DNA of 57,860 nt from Callorhinchus milii (taxonomy: Eukaryota), in contig NW_024704747.1 of the NCBI RefSeq assembly GCF_018977255.1, positions 22,754,001 to 22,811,860 on the forward strand. The letters run 5' to 3'. Below are positions 22,501-34,300 of the stretch, piece after piece; position 1 is the stretch's first letter; the number at the start of each line of letters is the position of its first letter. The translations under genes were made by a program, and so were the position numbers. The notes beneath the pieces were generated by a model. That model ran no database searches, was not told the DNA's origin, and saw only the letters and a list, made by a program, of their open reading frames with translations.

Positions 22501-24783
22501 ACTTTTCGTTTTCTGGTTTGCGAAACCAAGTCAATCAAATAATTATCAAAAAGGAAAGTGACGAAGGTGGGATGAGACGTATAGATTTCTGATTACTCTG
22601 GTGAATCATTCAAGTGCTGCTTGATTTGCTGCATTTTTTTTAAGCCAGGTCACACAGTTTATGGGAATAGGGTAAAAAAACTACTAATAATAATTTGTAC
22701 ACTTAATCCATGACTGTTTGTGGGATGCTGCTTGTATGTAATTGGCTGCTGTGTTTTGCCCACAAAATATACAATCAATTTACTGTACAGTATATTCTGT
22801 GAAGCACTTTGAGACGTCTCAAAGACGTGATAAGGCGCTATATCAAATGGAAGGATTATTATTATTATTATTATAAGTGCTGCTTTACTCACTGCATGAA
22901 TTTTTTTTAAGCCAGGTCTCCAGGAGGGACAGATTCTAGCTTGTGCCAGTGACATTGCTGCTGCCGTACAATATACAGTGGCTATGCACATAGCAAAGCG
23001 TACCCAACGAGCAATTCTCTTTTGCAAGCAGGAAGGTTTGCTGCCTCAAACAAATGCAGCCTTGGTTAGTATCTCACAGTTTTCTGCATTTCTTACTGTG
23101 TTTATTTATTGATAATAAATTGGTCACTTCAATCCACGACTGTTTGTGGGACACTGCTGTGCGCAATTGGCTGCCGGGTTTCATTCACAAATAGATAATC
23201 AGTTCACTTTACAGTCTATTCTATGAAGTGCTTTGAGACGTCTAGAAGACGTTAGAAGCGCTATATCAAATGCAAGGATTATTATTATTATTGTTGCGCA
23301 CTATGGCATAAAAGTGGTAGAACATAGATTAGTGCTCGTGGCCTTTTCTTGCTGATTTGGCAGTCTCAGTCATGACCTGCTATATTACTGGGTGCAGGCC
23401 AGGAACTTCACTTGGAAGGAAGGAAAATCAGTAAACATTTTCAGAATGAATCTATCAGAGGCCCAGAGGGAGAGTATGCCTCCCATTGAGAGAAATTTAG
23501 AAAGAAACAAATGTTCTTGTCCTTACCAACTCACATTATGGTAATGAAGGAAACGCCACTTTTGCAGAAATCTAAAAGCAGCTCAACTATCTACTTTCCT
23601 AGCTGAAGAACAGCAGAGGGGAATTAAAGTGGAAGAAAAAATAATTCATATGAATTTATATTTATTACTTCGGATTAATTCCCGTTTCATTACGAGAAAT
23701 AAGCATATAAATGTGAACACAAATATTCAAGTTATTTTGAAAAAGGGTCTTAACAATAACGTGCATTTATATAGCATCCCTTATGCAGGTTAGTGTCCCA
23801 AAGTACTTAAGAGTTCTTATCTTTGCATTTGTAGAATATTTATATTTTTCTTTCAGGTGATATCAGGAGGTGTAGCGAGTAATCAATACATCAGAAAAGT
23901 TCTTCAGATAGTAACTGAAGCAAATGGATTCTCAATGCATTGCCCTCCGCCTGAGCTTTGCACAGACAATGGCATCATGATTGCATGGTGAGAGCCATGA
24001 AATGGATCATCCTACTTCGAAATATTGAACACTATGATTCGTCAATGCACATATTTAAATGACAGACTTCAAAACATTTAAATAAAGTGTGCTAAGCAAT
24101 GTGTCAAAACAAAAATACTTCTGATAGCCTAAGCATATCATCCTCTATTGTCAGCCTTTGAACAATAGTTTACATCCACCATACTATGCAACCTTTTTAC
24201 ATGAATGTTATAAACACTAAATGGTTCATTGAAGTATTGTCTTTTATATGTTTCTACTAAATACACTTCATTTTGTATTTAATGACCCCCTTGACTATAA
24301 CTTGCACATGTATTGCTAGTAAAACAAATTCTGAAAACAGACTGTTTTTTGTTGGATCTAAAATCCGTCACTGCTAAAATTTACTTTGTCTTTAGGAATG
24401 GGATTGAGAGGCTTCAAGCAGGAATAGGTGTACTGCATAATCCTAAAACGATCCATTATGAGCCAAAGTAAGTGACAAAGCTTTTACACATCTAGTTTTT
24501 TTTAAACACATCTGAGTAACTCACATTGTACCTGTACATTGTGAGCCCATATGGTTATTTAAAGCTGTGTTCAAAATTGTGACAAATCTGTGGTTTAAGG
24601 GTTAGCCTGTAATTGTTAACCATTTTAAGAAAAGCATATGTAAATGATAAATGTATTGATGCGACTGGGAATTTACTTGATATGCTTATTTTGGCCTACA
24701 GAGCCCCTCTTGGAAAAGATTTTTCAGAACAAGTCAAGAATGCGGCTCTCAAAGTTCCAAGTTTGAAACTGAAGATAAAATGA
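19518..24783 (+). CDS. OSGEPL1: Mitochondrial tRNA N6-threonylcarbamoyltransferase (Qri7/TsaD family), 446 aa; exons 19518-19831, 21318-21705, 22362-22566, 22916-23064, 23857-23987, 24396-24467, 24702-24783
   Basis: [83 protein letters not shown] introns are phase-consistent (1341 nt). Kozak GCCATGG; AATAAA at 24891. Confidence 0.96.
19572..19703 (+). repeat. Coding minisatellite (6/12/18-bp units (G/A)CTCGGG(C/T)TG(A/T)C) in OSGEPL1 exon 1
   Basis: Encodes [44 protein letters not shown]. Confidence 0.9.
19998..20165 (-). mobile_element. Highly GC-shifted SINE copy
   Basis: AATCCTTGCA..CAGCGCC..GTCTCGAAGGCGCTT..GTGAATTGGCTGTA..GAACGCGGCGGTCAAT aligns collinearly with the reversed SINE consensus. 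Confidence 0.7.
20395..20719 (+). mobile_element. tRNA-derived SINE, full length (tRNA-like head with TTGCAA loop)
   Basis: GTAGCTCAGCGGTTAGAGCACTCGCTTTGCAAGCGAGACACCTGGGTTCAATTCC, followed by family body and tail. Confidence 0.93.
21093..21245 (-). mobile_element. 5'-truncated SINE
   Basis: Reverse of the SINE body and tail. Confidence 0.8.
22685..22873 (+). mobile_element. 5'-truncated SINE in OSGEPL1 intron 3
   Basis: AATCCATGACTGTTTGTGGG..ATCAAATGGAAGGATTATTATT. Confidence 0.85.
23113..23292 (+). mobile_element. 5'-truncated SINE
   Basis: AAATTGGTCACTTCAATCCACGACTG..CAAGGATTATTATT. Confidence 0.87.
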
Positions 24784-25313
24784 ATAGATTTTATTTTGGA
24801 ACTGAAGTAAAATCACAAACAATTATAAGGAATAGTGCATAGGATTTGAAAACTACACATATTTTGTTCCACTAATTATATGTTAAGTACAATAAAAATG
24901 TTTTAAGCTATTTAAGTATCAGGATGTGGTTCTATTATTTGAGAAATGTTTTAAGGAAAATAGGAATGTATGAATATAAATATTTATTTATTGGGGCTAA
25001 CAAGCAAAGCAGCATTTTGGCTAGCAATCAATATATATGAAATAAGTCAAACAGGTAAAATTGGGGTATAGTTCTTTAATTGTTTGTATGTAATCAACTG
25101 TAAGTTGTAACAATTGTCAGGTTAAGAAACACACACAAGGTTGTTGACCTTTAACAACTTCAGATGGCTTTATTTTTTAAATGCTTTTCATGGATTTTCC
25201 TGCTGAGATGAGCAAATATAAATCTCTTCCTCATAATGCCCCCAAATATGTACATCATGTGCATATCATAGAGGAAGAGACAAAACTTGACGAGAGATTT
25301 GTTTTCTTTTCTT

Positions 25314-28300
25314 CTATTTCGTCACCTGTTTGTCCTTTAGTTTCTTCATATCAAGTGCCTGAGCATTCTTGCTCTGATTAACAGCAGTCTTGGGTTTTTC
25401 AGATGACACTGCAGGTGCAGACTTTGTTCGGAAACCTACTTTTTGAGATTCTTTGTAAGGTACACCGACAGATTTTGGTCTCACTGTAGTGATAATAAAA
25501 TATTCATTTAGATTATCAAATCTAAACTTTAAATCAAACTTTCATTTCAGTACTCCAGGAATAACAGACCCCATAAAAAGGTGACCCCCTCCTCATCGAT
25601 ATATGGACTCATTATTCGCCGATCTAATTCATATTTTTATAATCTCTTTCACAGAGGAAAACTCTGTTGCAAATGTACGATGCCCATAGAGACTATTTTA
25701 AAAAAGTGTTGAACTCGAACAGTAATGACATTTATCCAGATTTTTTTGCCTTGTTTATTTGTTGATTCTCACTATTGTGAAGGATATCAGGAGATGGGGA
25801 ACAGAACTTTATCCATACATTGTCAGCATTCCTTGGTCAGGTAAATGTTTTCTCTACGCTGATTGATCTGTGCATCAATTCCAGCCTCAAAATAGCACCA
25901 ATCATAAATCAACAAGCCATTTCCACTTTCCACAAGAGCTATCCTGATAGTTCCTCTTCTGATATTTTGGAAAGCTTTATGCTGTGGATTTACATCCATT
26001 AGGAGTTGGAAAGAAATTCCACCTGGGTCCAGATTTGCTCTATTTATAGAGCATTTTAGATCATCCAGAATTTGGCAAATAATTAAAATTTTGTCTTAAC
26101 TCTGAAGCTCACTTCTGTAGTTCTTAAAAGAACTTACAGAAAATTGGCTGCATTTAAGAATTTGCCTATGTTGGTTAAATTTGACAAGCTACAAAAATAG
26201 AGTAACATTAGTTCCAGGTAGATTTTTTGCCCCCAGGTTATTATTATCCAAATTCCTTTCACTTTATCCAGTTTATGCTTTACACAGTAAGTGTAAGAAT
26301 CATCAGAGAGACAAGCCTTTTGTTCTATATCTAGGAATTACTACACAATGAGATAGATACCTAAGGTAAAAAAAACAGGCAATTCACTGAGAATCATTAG
26401 ATTTAAGAGATATAAAAATCTCATATGGATGTGATCATATCCAATGGGCATTAATTGTAATCTCTATGAAGCATTAGTTCAGATTTGCCTAGAAATACAA
26501 ACTTCAAAGAGACTTTGTGAAGTACTTGCTTGATGTTCTAGGCACTATATCAGATACAAGGATTATTTTTATTATGTTAAATCATATCTGATAACGATGG
26601 CAAATGATAAGCATAACATTAATTTAAAAAATCACCTTTCAACACCTATGGGTGGTTTGTGAATTACGGTACTTACAAACATCTGCTGAATTTAAGGATA
26701 TTGATATTATTTACCTTTCCTGATTGGTATGACTGGTGGACCGCCATTTATTTCCAAGCTGGTTTAAATCAAAGAAAAGCAGTGTTACCGACTCATTAAT
26801 ATTTAATATGTTGAGAGATTTTCCAGAATTGCAACATTTCTTGAACAGGTGATATCATACCTTTGTGAAGGAAGCCCCATTTTTTTTTGCCTTTTGAATT
26901 CTTCAATGAAATCCATGCAGATGGTGGCATCTATGCTCAATGCACTTATTAAAAGGTCAAATAATTTGGGTTGATTCCTGCACTGCACCATCAGGCGACG
27001 CTGAGCAGTAAGATTAAATGTTAAGTATCCCAGAGTTACAGCACAAACCTTCTGAATCTGAAACAACCAGAAAGAGTTTCTGTATGCCTGTGTATTTTTT
27101 AAGGTCAAAGGTGATGGTGAAAGTGCAAGTTGATAAATATCTTAAATTTATTCCAAAAACATATATGGATGCAACCAGCGTTGCCTTTTTAGTACAATAT
27201 ATGTACCAAAATCAATAAACATTATCGTTGCCTTCTTATTGACCTTCATTATCCATTTGGTAACAATAAGATGAGAGAAGATACAGATAGTTTTCAGGAA
27301 AGATTGGAATTGTGAGACATTTGAGTCTCCCAACTAACCATATAGTATTAATACACATAGGCAAATTCAGAAGATAGTACGCTTTTTGGTTGTGTTTCCT
27401 TTACCTGTTCATTGGTAGAGTCTAAATGTGCGCATAATTTTTCCACAGCTCCCATAGTAACAATAGCATCAGAAATGCCTCCTCTGGTGCGACATAGAGC
27501 GGCCAGGAGTTCCCCTGGAAGGAAAACCATTTAGCAAAATGGTCAAAAAATTCTTACTGTTAAAAAAAAGGCATAATTTGCAGCAATTCTACTTCAGTAT
27601 TGCAAATTAAATGACAGGTGCTTATTTTTTGAACAGTCGGGTATTTGACACACATGAATATCCATCACCATACTTAGGAGTTTGCAAACACCCACTGGGA
27701 GTTCCATGTACAGGCTGACCATGTTTCAGCACAGTTGTTTGGGTTAATAAACTCAGAACTCACATTATAACAAAGTGCACAAAACAAATGTCACCAATTA
27801 GCACTTCCAGTTTGTTACTGAAGTTAGTTCATGCTCCTTTAACAGGAGTTAGTTTGGATGAGGTATAAAGCTTGACAATGTCAGAAACCAATTAATCTTT
27901 TAGCAATTACCCCATTCAATGAATTTCAGTAACAATGCAATTTAGTGTAGGGGAATGGAAAGAGACCAAAAAAAACCGAAATTCACTGTTTATCAAACAT
28001 GACATTTAAATAATTACTTGCGGAGTTTCTGCTGTCAGCCTCATAGAAGCTGTTAAGAAACAAAATCAGTAAACAGCTGTCCAATGAAGGCTCAAGAATG
28101 ACTAATTCTGCTTGGGAGAGCCAACCATAATGTTTTGTTACAATACAGATTAAAAAAGAATAATTACGAATATTATAGAGTGCCACTACTCCCAATTAGT
28201 TCTAATATCAGGATTAATAGAGTTTTTAATCATAATTGTATCTGTACTGAAATATATTGATATGGATTTCTCCAGATTACTAAAAACAGTAAGCACATAA

Positions 28301-31300
28301 TAAAGCCCTTTTACCTGCTTTAATAACTGTGGTAAAGTTGTGTGACGTTAGTAGTTTGACTAAGGTTGTAATGCCCATAGCTGACAATGCAACCACATCC
28401 CTGCCTACAATGACTTTGCCCAATGCAACAATCTGTATCAAACAGAAAAAGATATTATTATCCTGATGCTGAAAGGAGCTCGGTGTCTTGGTAGTTTGAA
28501 AGGACTTTTCTTAGTTTTTACCGTTTCATGTTATTACTTATTCGATATGCAGTAGGTTTTAGTGCAATCGACTTAAATCATTAAATATAAACCTCTATAC
28601 ACTGAGTTACCCTTTGTCCACCTTTGAAGGGGAATCTGTAGGGATTCTTTGTATTTTTTTTGAATACATTAGCACATGTAATCAGATTGAATCTATTTAC
28701 TTTCAAAGCATCTATAATATTTCAATAATTTGTGCACTGGAGTGCGTATAGTCTTCTGAGAATGTATGTGGAAGAGGTTTCCATTTAAAGATTTTTTTTT
28801 GACACTTGTGATCCGTTGTCTCTTCCTTCTTGGCGCTATAATTCTCCATAACTATTGTACTAATGTTATGTACCTGTGAATAAGGGAATACTAGCAATAT
28901 AGAAACCACTTAACAAACTGCATAAATTCTCATTTGGATATGGTTACAATGTTAATTCAATAATATTTTTTAAAATAAAAAATAATTACAGTACTTTTAA
29001 TGCCTAGCCCAAAGGTGCAGAAAAATAGTATAATGTGCAAGGAATGTTTAGTCAAAGAAATAATAATATCCTTGCATTTGATATAGCACCTCATCACATC
29101 TTTGAGACGCCTCAAAGAGCTTCACAGAATATACTATAAAGTGAATTGACTGTATATTTTGTGGGCGATAAACTATTCGGCACTGGGGACTGTTTTGACA
29201 GGCGGAATACCTGAAACGAAGCAGAGACTTTCTCTTCCTCATTCTTGGACTGCAGAAAATCTTCATAGATTGACATCTGAATTCCCCCACAGTCAAGGAT
29301 CAATGCCTGCTGTGCAGGGTTGTTGTATGAAAACAGAGCTAAAGCAGATCCTGCTCGCAAACCTATCTTCTGCAAAACCATAAGTGTGATAAGTTACGTC
29401 CTGTAATGTGTTCCTGTCAGACAATTCAATTATAACTAATAGAAAAAAGATAGAGCTTTTTGCTGAATTATAGCTTTGCAGGCAAACTCAACACTGACTT
29501 GGAATAGATAGCAATCAGAACAAAAAACTCTTTCTACCTCCTCCCCCCTCTGCCAATTGCTCTACCCAACTACAGTATACCTGACTGGCCCCCTGATAAA
29601 CCAGGACACTTCAGGGTTTGAATATAGTACCTCCTAGTTTGCATGGGTACTCAAGTCATTTTATCTATTACATCATCAGCGGAAGCATTTTGCATATCTG
29701 ATTGTTTTCCTTAAAATATTTTATACAACTTTACTGCACTTACTTTGTCTCCAGTTGTCAAAAGGCTCAGTGGAATTCGATAGGAGAAATCCTTGTTATT
29801 GTGCAAACTTAACTGCAATTTAGGGTTTCCCAACACAATGCGTGCAAGGGCATGGACCACTTCAACCTACTCACATAAAATAAATGTGGGAATTAACAAT
29901 AATTTTTGTGTTGAAAGAAAACATTTTCCCAGCAGTTAAGGTACTAATGTACTACTTTAAAGTTTCAATCATAAGCACATATAATTCCAGAGAAACGGAG
30001 AGAAAGTCCATCTTGCATATGCATAGCTGCATATTCCTGGTCAGCATTTATTATTATTTAACATTAATTAATATATTTATTATTATCCTTGCATTTGTCC
30101 CCTTTTACATCAGGAGGATGACTCAAAGTGCTTCATAGGATTCACAGTAAAGTGCAGTGACTGTATTTTGTAGGCAAATGCAAAAGATAATTTGCATACA
30201 GCAATGTGCTACAAACAGCTATGAAGTGAATGACCAATTTTATTTGGGAGATTGTTGGCCAGGATACCAGTTGAAACATCCATCACTTTTTGAATACTGC
30301 CATTGGATCTTTAAGGTCCACTTGAACAGTCTCATTCGGAGGATGGCACCTCTGACAATGCAGCACAGCCCCATCACTGCACTGGCCAGTCTAGATCGTG
30401 AGTTCAAAGTCCTTGTGTAGGGCTTAAACCCACAACCTTCTGACTCAGAAGCAAGAGTACTACCAACTGAGCTGGAGTGAAACACCTAGAATGGGGCAGG
30501 GGATTTTACTTTATATCGTTTGAAAAGATTTTCACTCATTAGTGATTTTTGTATTGTTGATTCTTATACTGGGACAATGACTCTGGACACTTTAGCATTG
30601 CTAGAATAATGTTTTTGGTACAGTGTGAACATATCAGCTATGAAGTGAATGTCAGCCATGAATATCACTTTCCAATTAGTTCAGTAGCACTTGTTTCCAG
30701 CAAGAGGGGAAACCAGTGTGCTGATGAATTCAGAGGATCACCAGCCACAGCAAAACATGTGCTGCTGACTTCAACCCTGTTTCTGGAGTGAGCTGTACAT
30801 CTCACCGTGCCCTCCCTTTGTTACCTTAACTTCAAGGGTTGTTTCAAAACTCAACAAATCAACAAGGCTAGTCATGCCACCTTCTTCTGCGATTTTATTT
30901 TGACAGAATTCATTATTTATATATGCCACCCCTGTAAAGTAAGAACAGAAACATCAGTTATATTCTTAACTTAAGTGCATATGATTTAATTAGATCTAAA
31001 TGATACGGTTTATTCATCTCTTCATTTGTACATTTACACGTGCAACAGCAGGCTCATAGTCAATATGAGTGCAAGGTAAAAATGGACACTTAAACATGGT
31101 TTGGGCATACATCTGAAATATAATGTAACAACATATACTTACATGATAGATAAAATAATACCAAATAGCTGGAATATACAAACCAATACACAGAGTCCCC
31201 AATGCAACGATGGCTCTCAGTAATGTTCGCACAGTTGATTCAGATCTTCGTAAAATTCGGACCAAAGGAGGGATTCCATTTGCTGCACAAATCTGATTTT

Positions 31301-34300
31301 GGTATTCCTTGTTGTCTTTGCTTATGGAAATCACTGCCTCAGAGCCTGAAGAAAGCATTATAATTTCAAATAAGGCAAACTATCGCTTTATAAATTAATT
31401 AACCAGCACATTCTCCTAGAATTCATCCAATCCACAATTCGGCAAATGTACTGTAATTGATAAAGTGAAACTAGTGATCCACATTAATGCAATCTTAAAT
31501 GTGTTTTTATTTATTTGGAAAAATGCAACATTTTGTGAAGCAACATCTTGTATATATTTACCGCCAGAAGCACTTCTTAATTATCTATAACTTATAACAA
31601 CTTATGTTGTTCTTATAACTTTGGACTTTATAACAAGGGGTCTGGAATATAAAAGTGCTGCAAAGGCATTCTGTATTGGTGTTCCAGTATGTTGCCTTGC
31701 TATACCTAAGTTGAAGGATACTATTGATTTATGTTCCATTTTCTAGTGTATCCGAACAGATGAAAACATTCTTATTTGAAAAAGAGCCACTTACCAACAT
31801 AACGCATATTATCAGATGGGGATAATAACAGATCAATGATGAAACTATAACCAATTTGTTCTGCCATACTTTTTTGTTGTTTCTCAGCATTTCCTGCCAG
31901 TGCCCAAATGGCTGTTGATGCTTGTTCTCGGACTTCAAGATCAAATACCTGAAGAATCAAAATCATTTATAGTCTGCGCTGGATGAGGTTAATACATTGT
32001 TTTGTCTGACAGAATCATTATATTTTACTAACTTAGTATATAGGCAATGTCTAGAAACTTTGTATCCATACAAATCCATATAACTTTCCAGCAATATTAC
32101 CGTGATAACACATTATAAGACTTGATGATTACTAAGTGATTAAAAAATGGTGTATTAAAAGATGGTGTACAAATGAAAACCTTAGACAAGCTACCTTTTT
32201 GTACCACTATTGTAGTGTTGTAGATTTTGATGGTAAAACCTAGGAATCATTTCACTCACCTTAGCTGAAAGGCAGTAGGCCTTTGGTAATGGTAATGGGC
32301 TACATTTTTAAAGAGAGAATACCTTTGTAAATAAAACTCACTTTATATTTTATTTGTGGGCAAAAAATTGTTTAAGTACCAATTTGTCTTTTTTTTACAA
32401 AGAAATTCAATAAATAATACCATTCACAGAACTATGGCTTTCATATATCTACATCCTTTCCTTGCCATTCATGAATTATTTTATAGTGCACATTGGACAA
32501 GCAAATCAGTTTTTTTAAAAAAAAGATGTTTAAGAAAAATATGTTTGTAAAATACAGTAAAATACAGTACCTTGAGAAGCTTTAAGAGATATTTGTCTGC
32601 AGATCTTTCTAGGAATGCTTTTTGTATGGTAGGATTTCTGTCAGCTAAAGCTTCAACGGTTTTTGCTGCTTTCAATTGTAAATGGAGTTTGGTTCCCCCG
32701 AGAATATTTATCAGTAAGTCTACTGAACCTTCGTCTGCTATTGAAACTTGATTGCTTCTGTGGTCACAAGCAAGTTCAGCCAGTGCAATTGAAGCTGTCT
32801 CCTGCAAAACATCTATCCAGCAATTGCACATAAACTACCCAAGTTGGAGCTGTCTGTAGCTATCATACAAATTCTGAATTAAAAAGCATTAGCAAGATAC
32901 TTGATTTGTTATTGCATTATTTGAATCCTTTATAGGAATTATTAAAATAATAAAAATCGAATTTATCTGGGGAAATAAAACAAGTTAAACTCTTGCTACA
33001 AATAGTAAATGCTTAATCCAAGATACATCCAGTTTTTTAAAAAAATAAATTTGATTTCAATAAAATCAAATTTTATAGGAATTCTCTATGGAGCCACATA
33101 GTTATCCTTTAACATTTGAACAAATAAATTAGGAATGATGTAGAAAGAATATAAATTAAGGGAACACCCGCCCTAACACATCTAATTCCAAACACTGGTA
33201 TAAACACCAGTGAGTGTATTTATTTCCTTATAAAATCCTCTTACAAAAATGTATTTCCTTAATTTCTATGAACAAGAACTTGATGGAGGAGTTTTTGTGT
33301 CATACAATGGTAGGATATGGGTTCACATCTACCTTTTTTTACATGTTAAGAGCCTCACATCAGTTATATTATTATTAATAATGCAAATTGCTGATGGGAA
33401 GTCAGGGAAGAGAAGGAGTTGAATAACAGGATTAGTAACCCCAGCAAAGCTGGTAATATTCTTTACAATATATGCATTGAATTTGGGGATTTAGTTCACT
33501 GCCTTTTACAAGGAGGTGACACGCACTGTACATATTATATTAAACTAATATGCATTTAAAAACTAGCATGAAGTGATTGAAAAGGAAATTAATAATACAG
33601 CTCTAAGCAAAGTCTTGAATGCTTCATACAAAACTTCTTTTTAAAAGGTTCAATACTAAAAAAAAGGCTAAAAATAAGTTACCCGATGTCATTGACAACA
33701 TTTCCACCAATAGAGGAATAGCTCCTTCCTGTGCTACTAAGGTCTGATGGTCTGGGTTTTCTTTATATATGGCCATCAGGCATTTAATTACATTTACCAG
33801 CACATCTTCAATTTTTGAACTCAAGAGCTTCACCATAGGAGAGATTCCACCCTAAGAAATCAAGAGAATAAATAATCAATTGAAACAAGAGCAGTGTTTC
33901 CAAATTCAAATTACAAAGAAACTCCATTGATTCATTTTAGAGGGGAAAGAAAGCTTTTTTCACACAAAAAGGTAAAGAGCCCATATTGCAAAATGATGGG
34001 CAGACATGGAGGTTACAAGAGTGAAAAGGAAAAGTCATCCAGATGAAAACAGAAGACCTTACAAAAACCTTTTAGAAAAAAAATCAGACATTTGGGAAAA
34101 TGTTGAGATATGCAAACTTGTCTATCTGAGACAATTGTAAACTGCTCAAGTTTTGGTCTTGTGGTTTTGTTTCTCATCAGTATGCTAATCGTGTTTCAAT
34201 ATTGTAACTCTCTTTTACCCATCTTTTTGTAAAGACAACAGCTAGAAATATTATTTCATTCATCTCTTGCAAATTTTTAAGATTCTAGCTCTTTTGTTAC

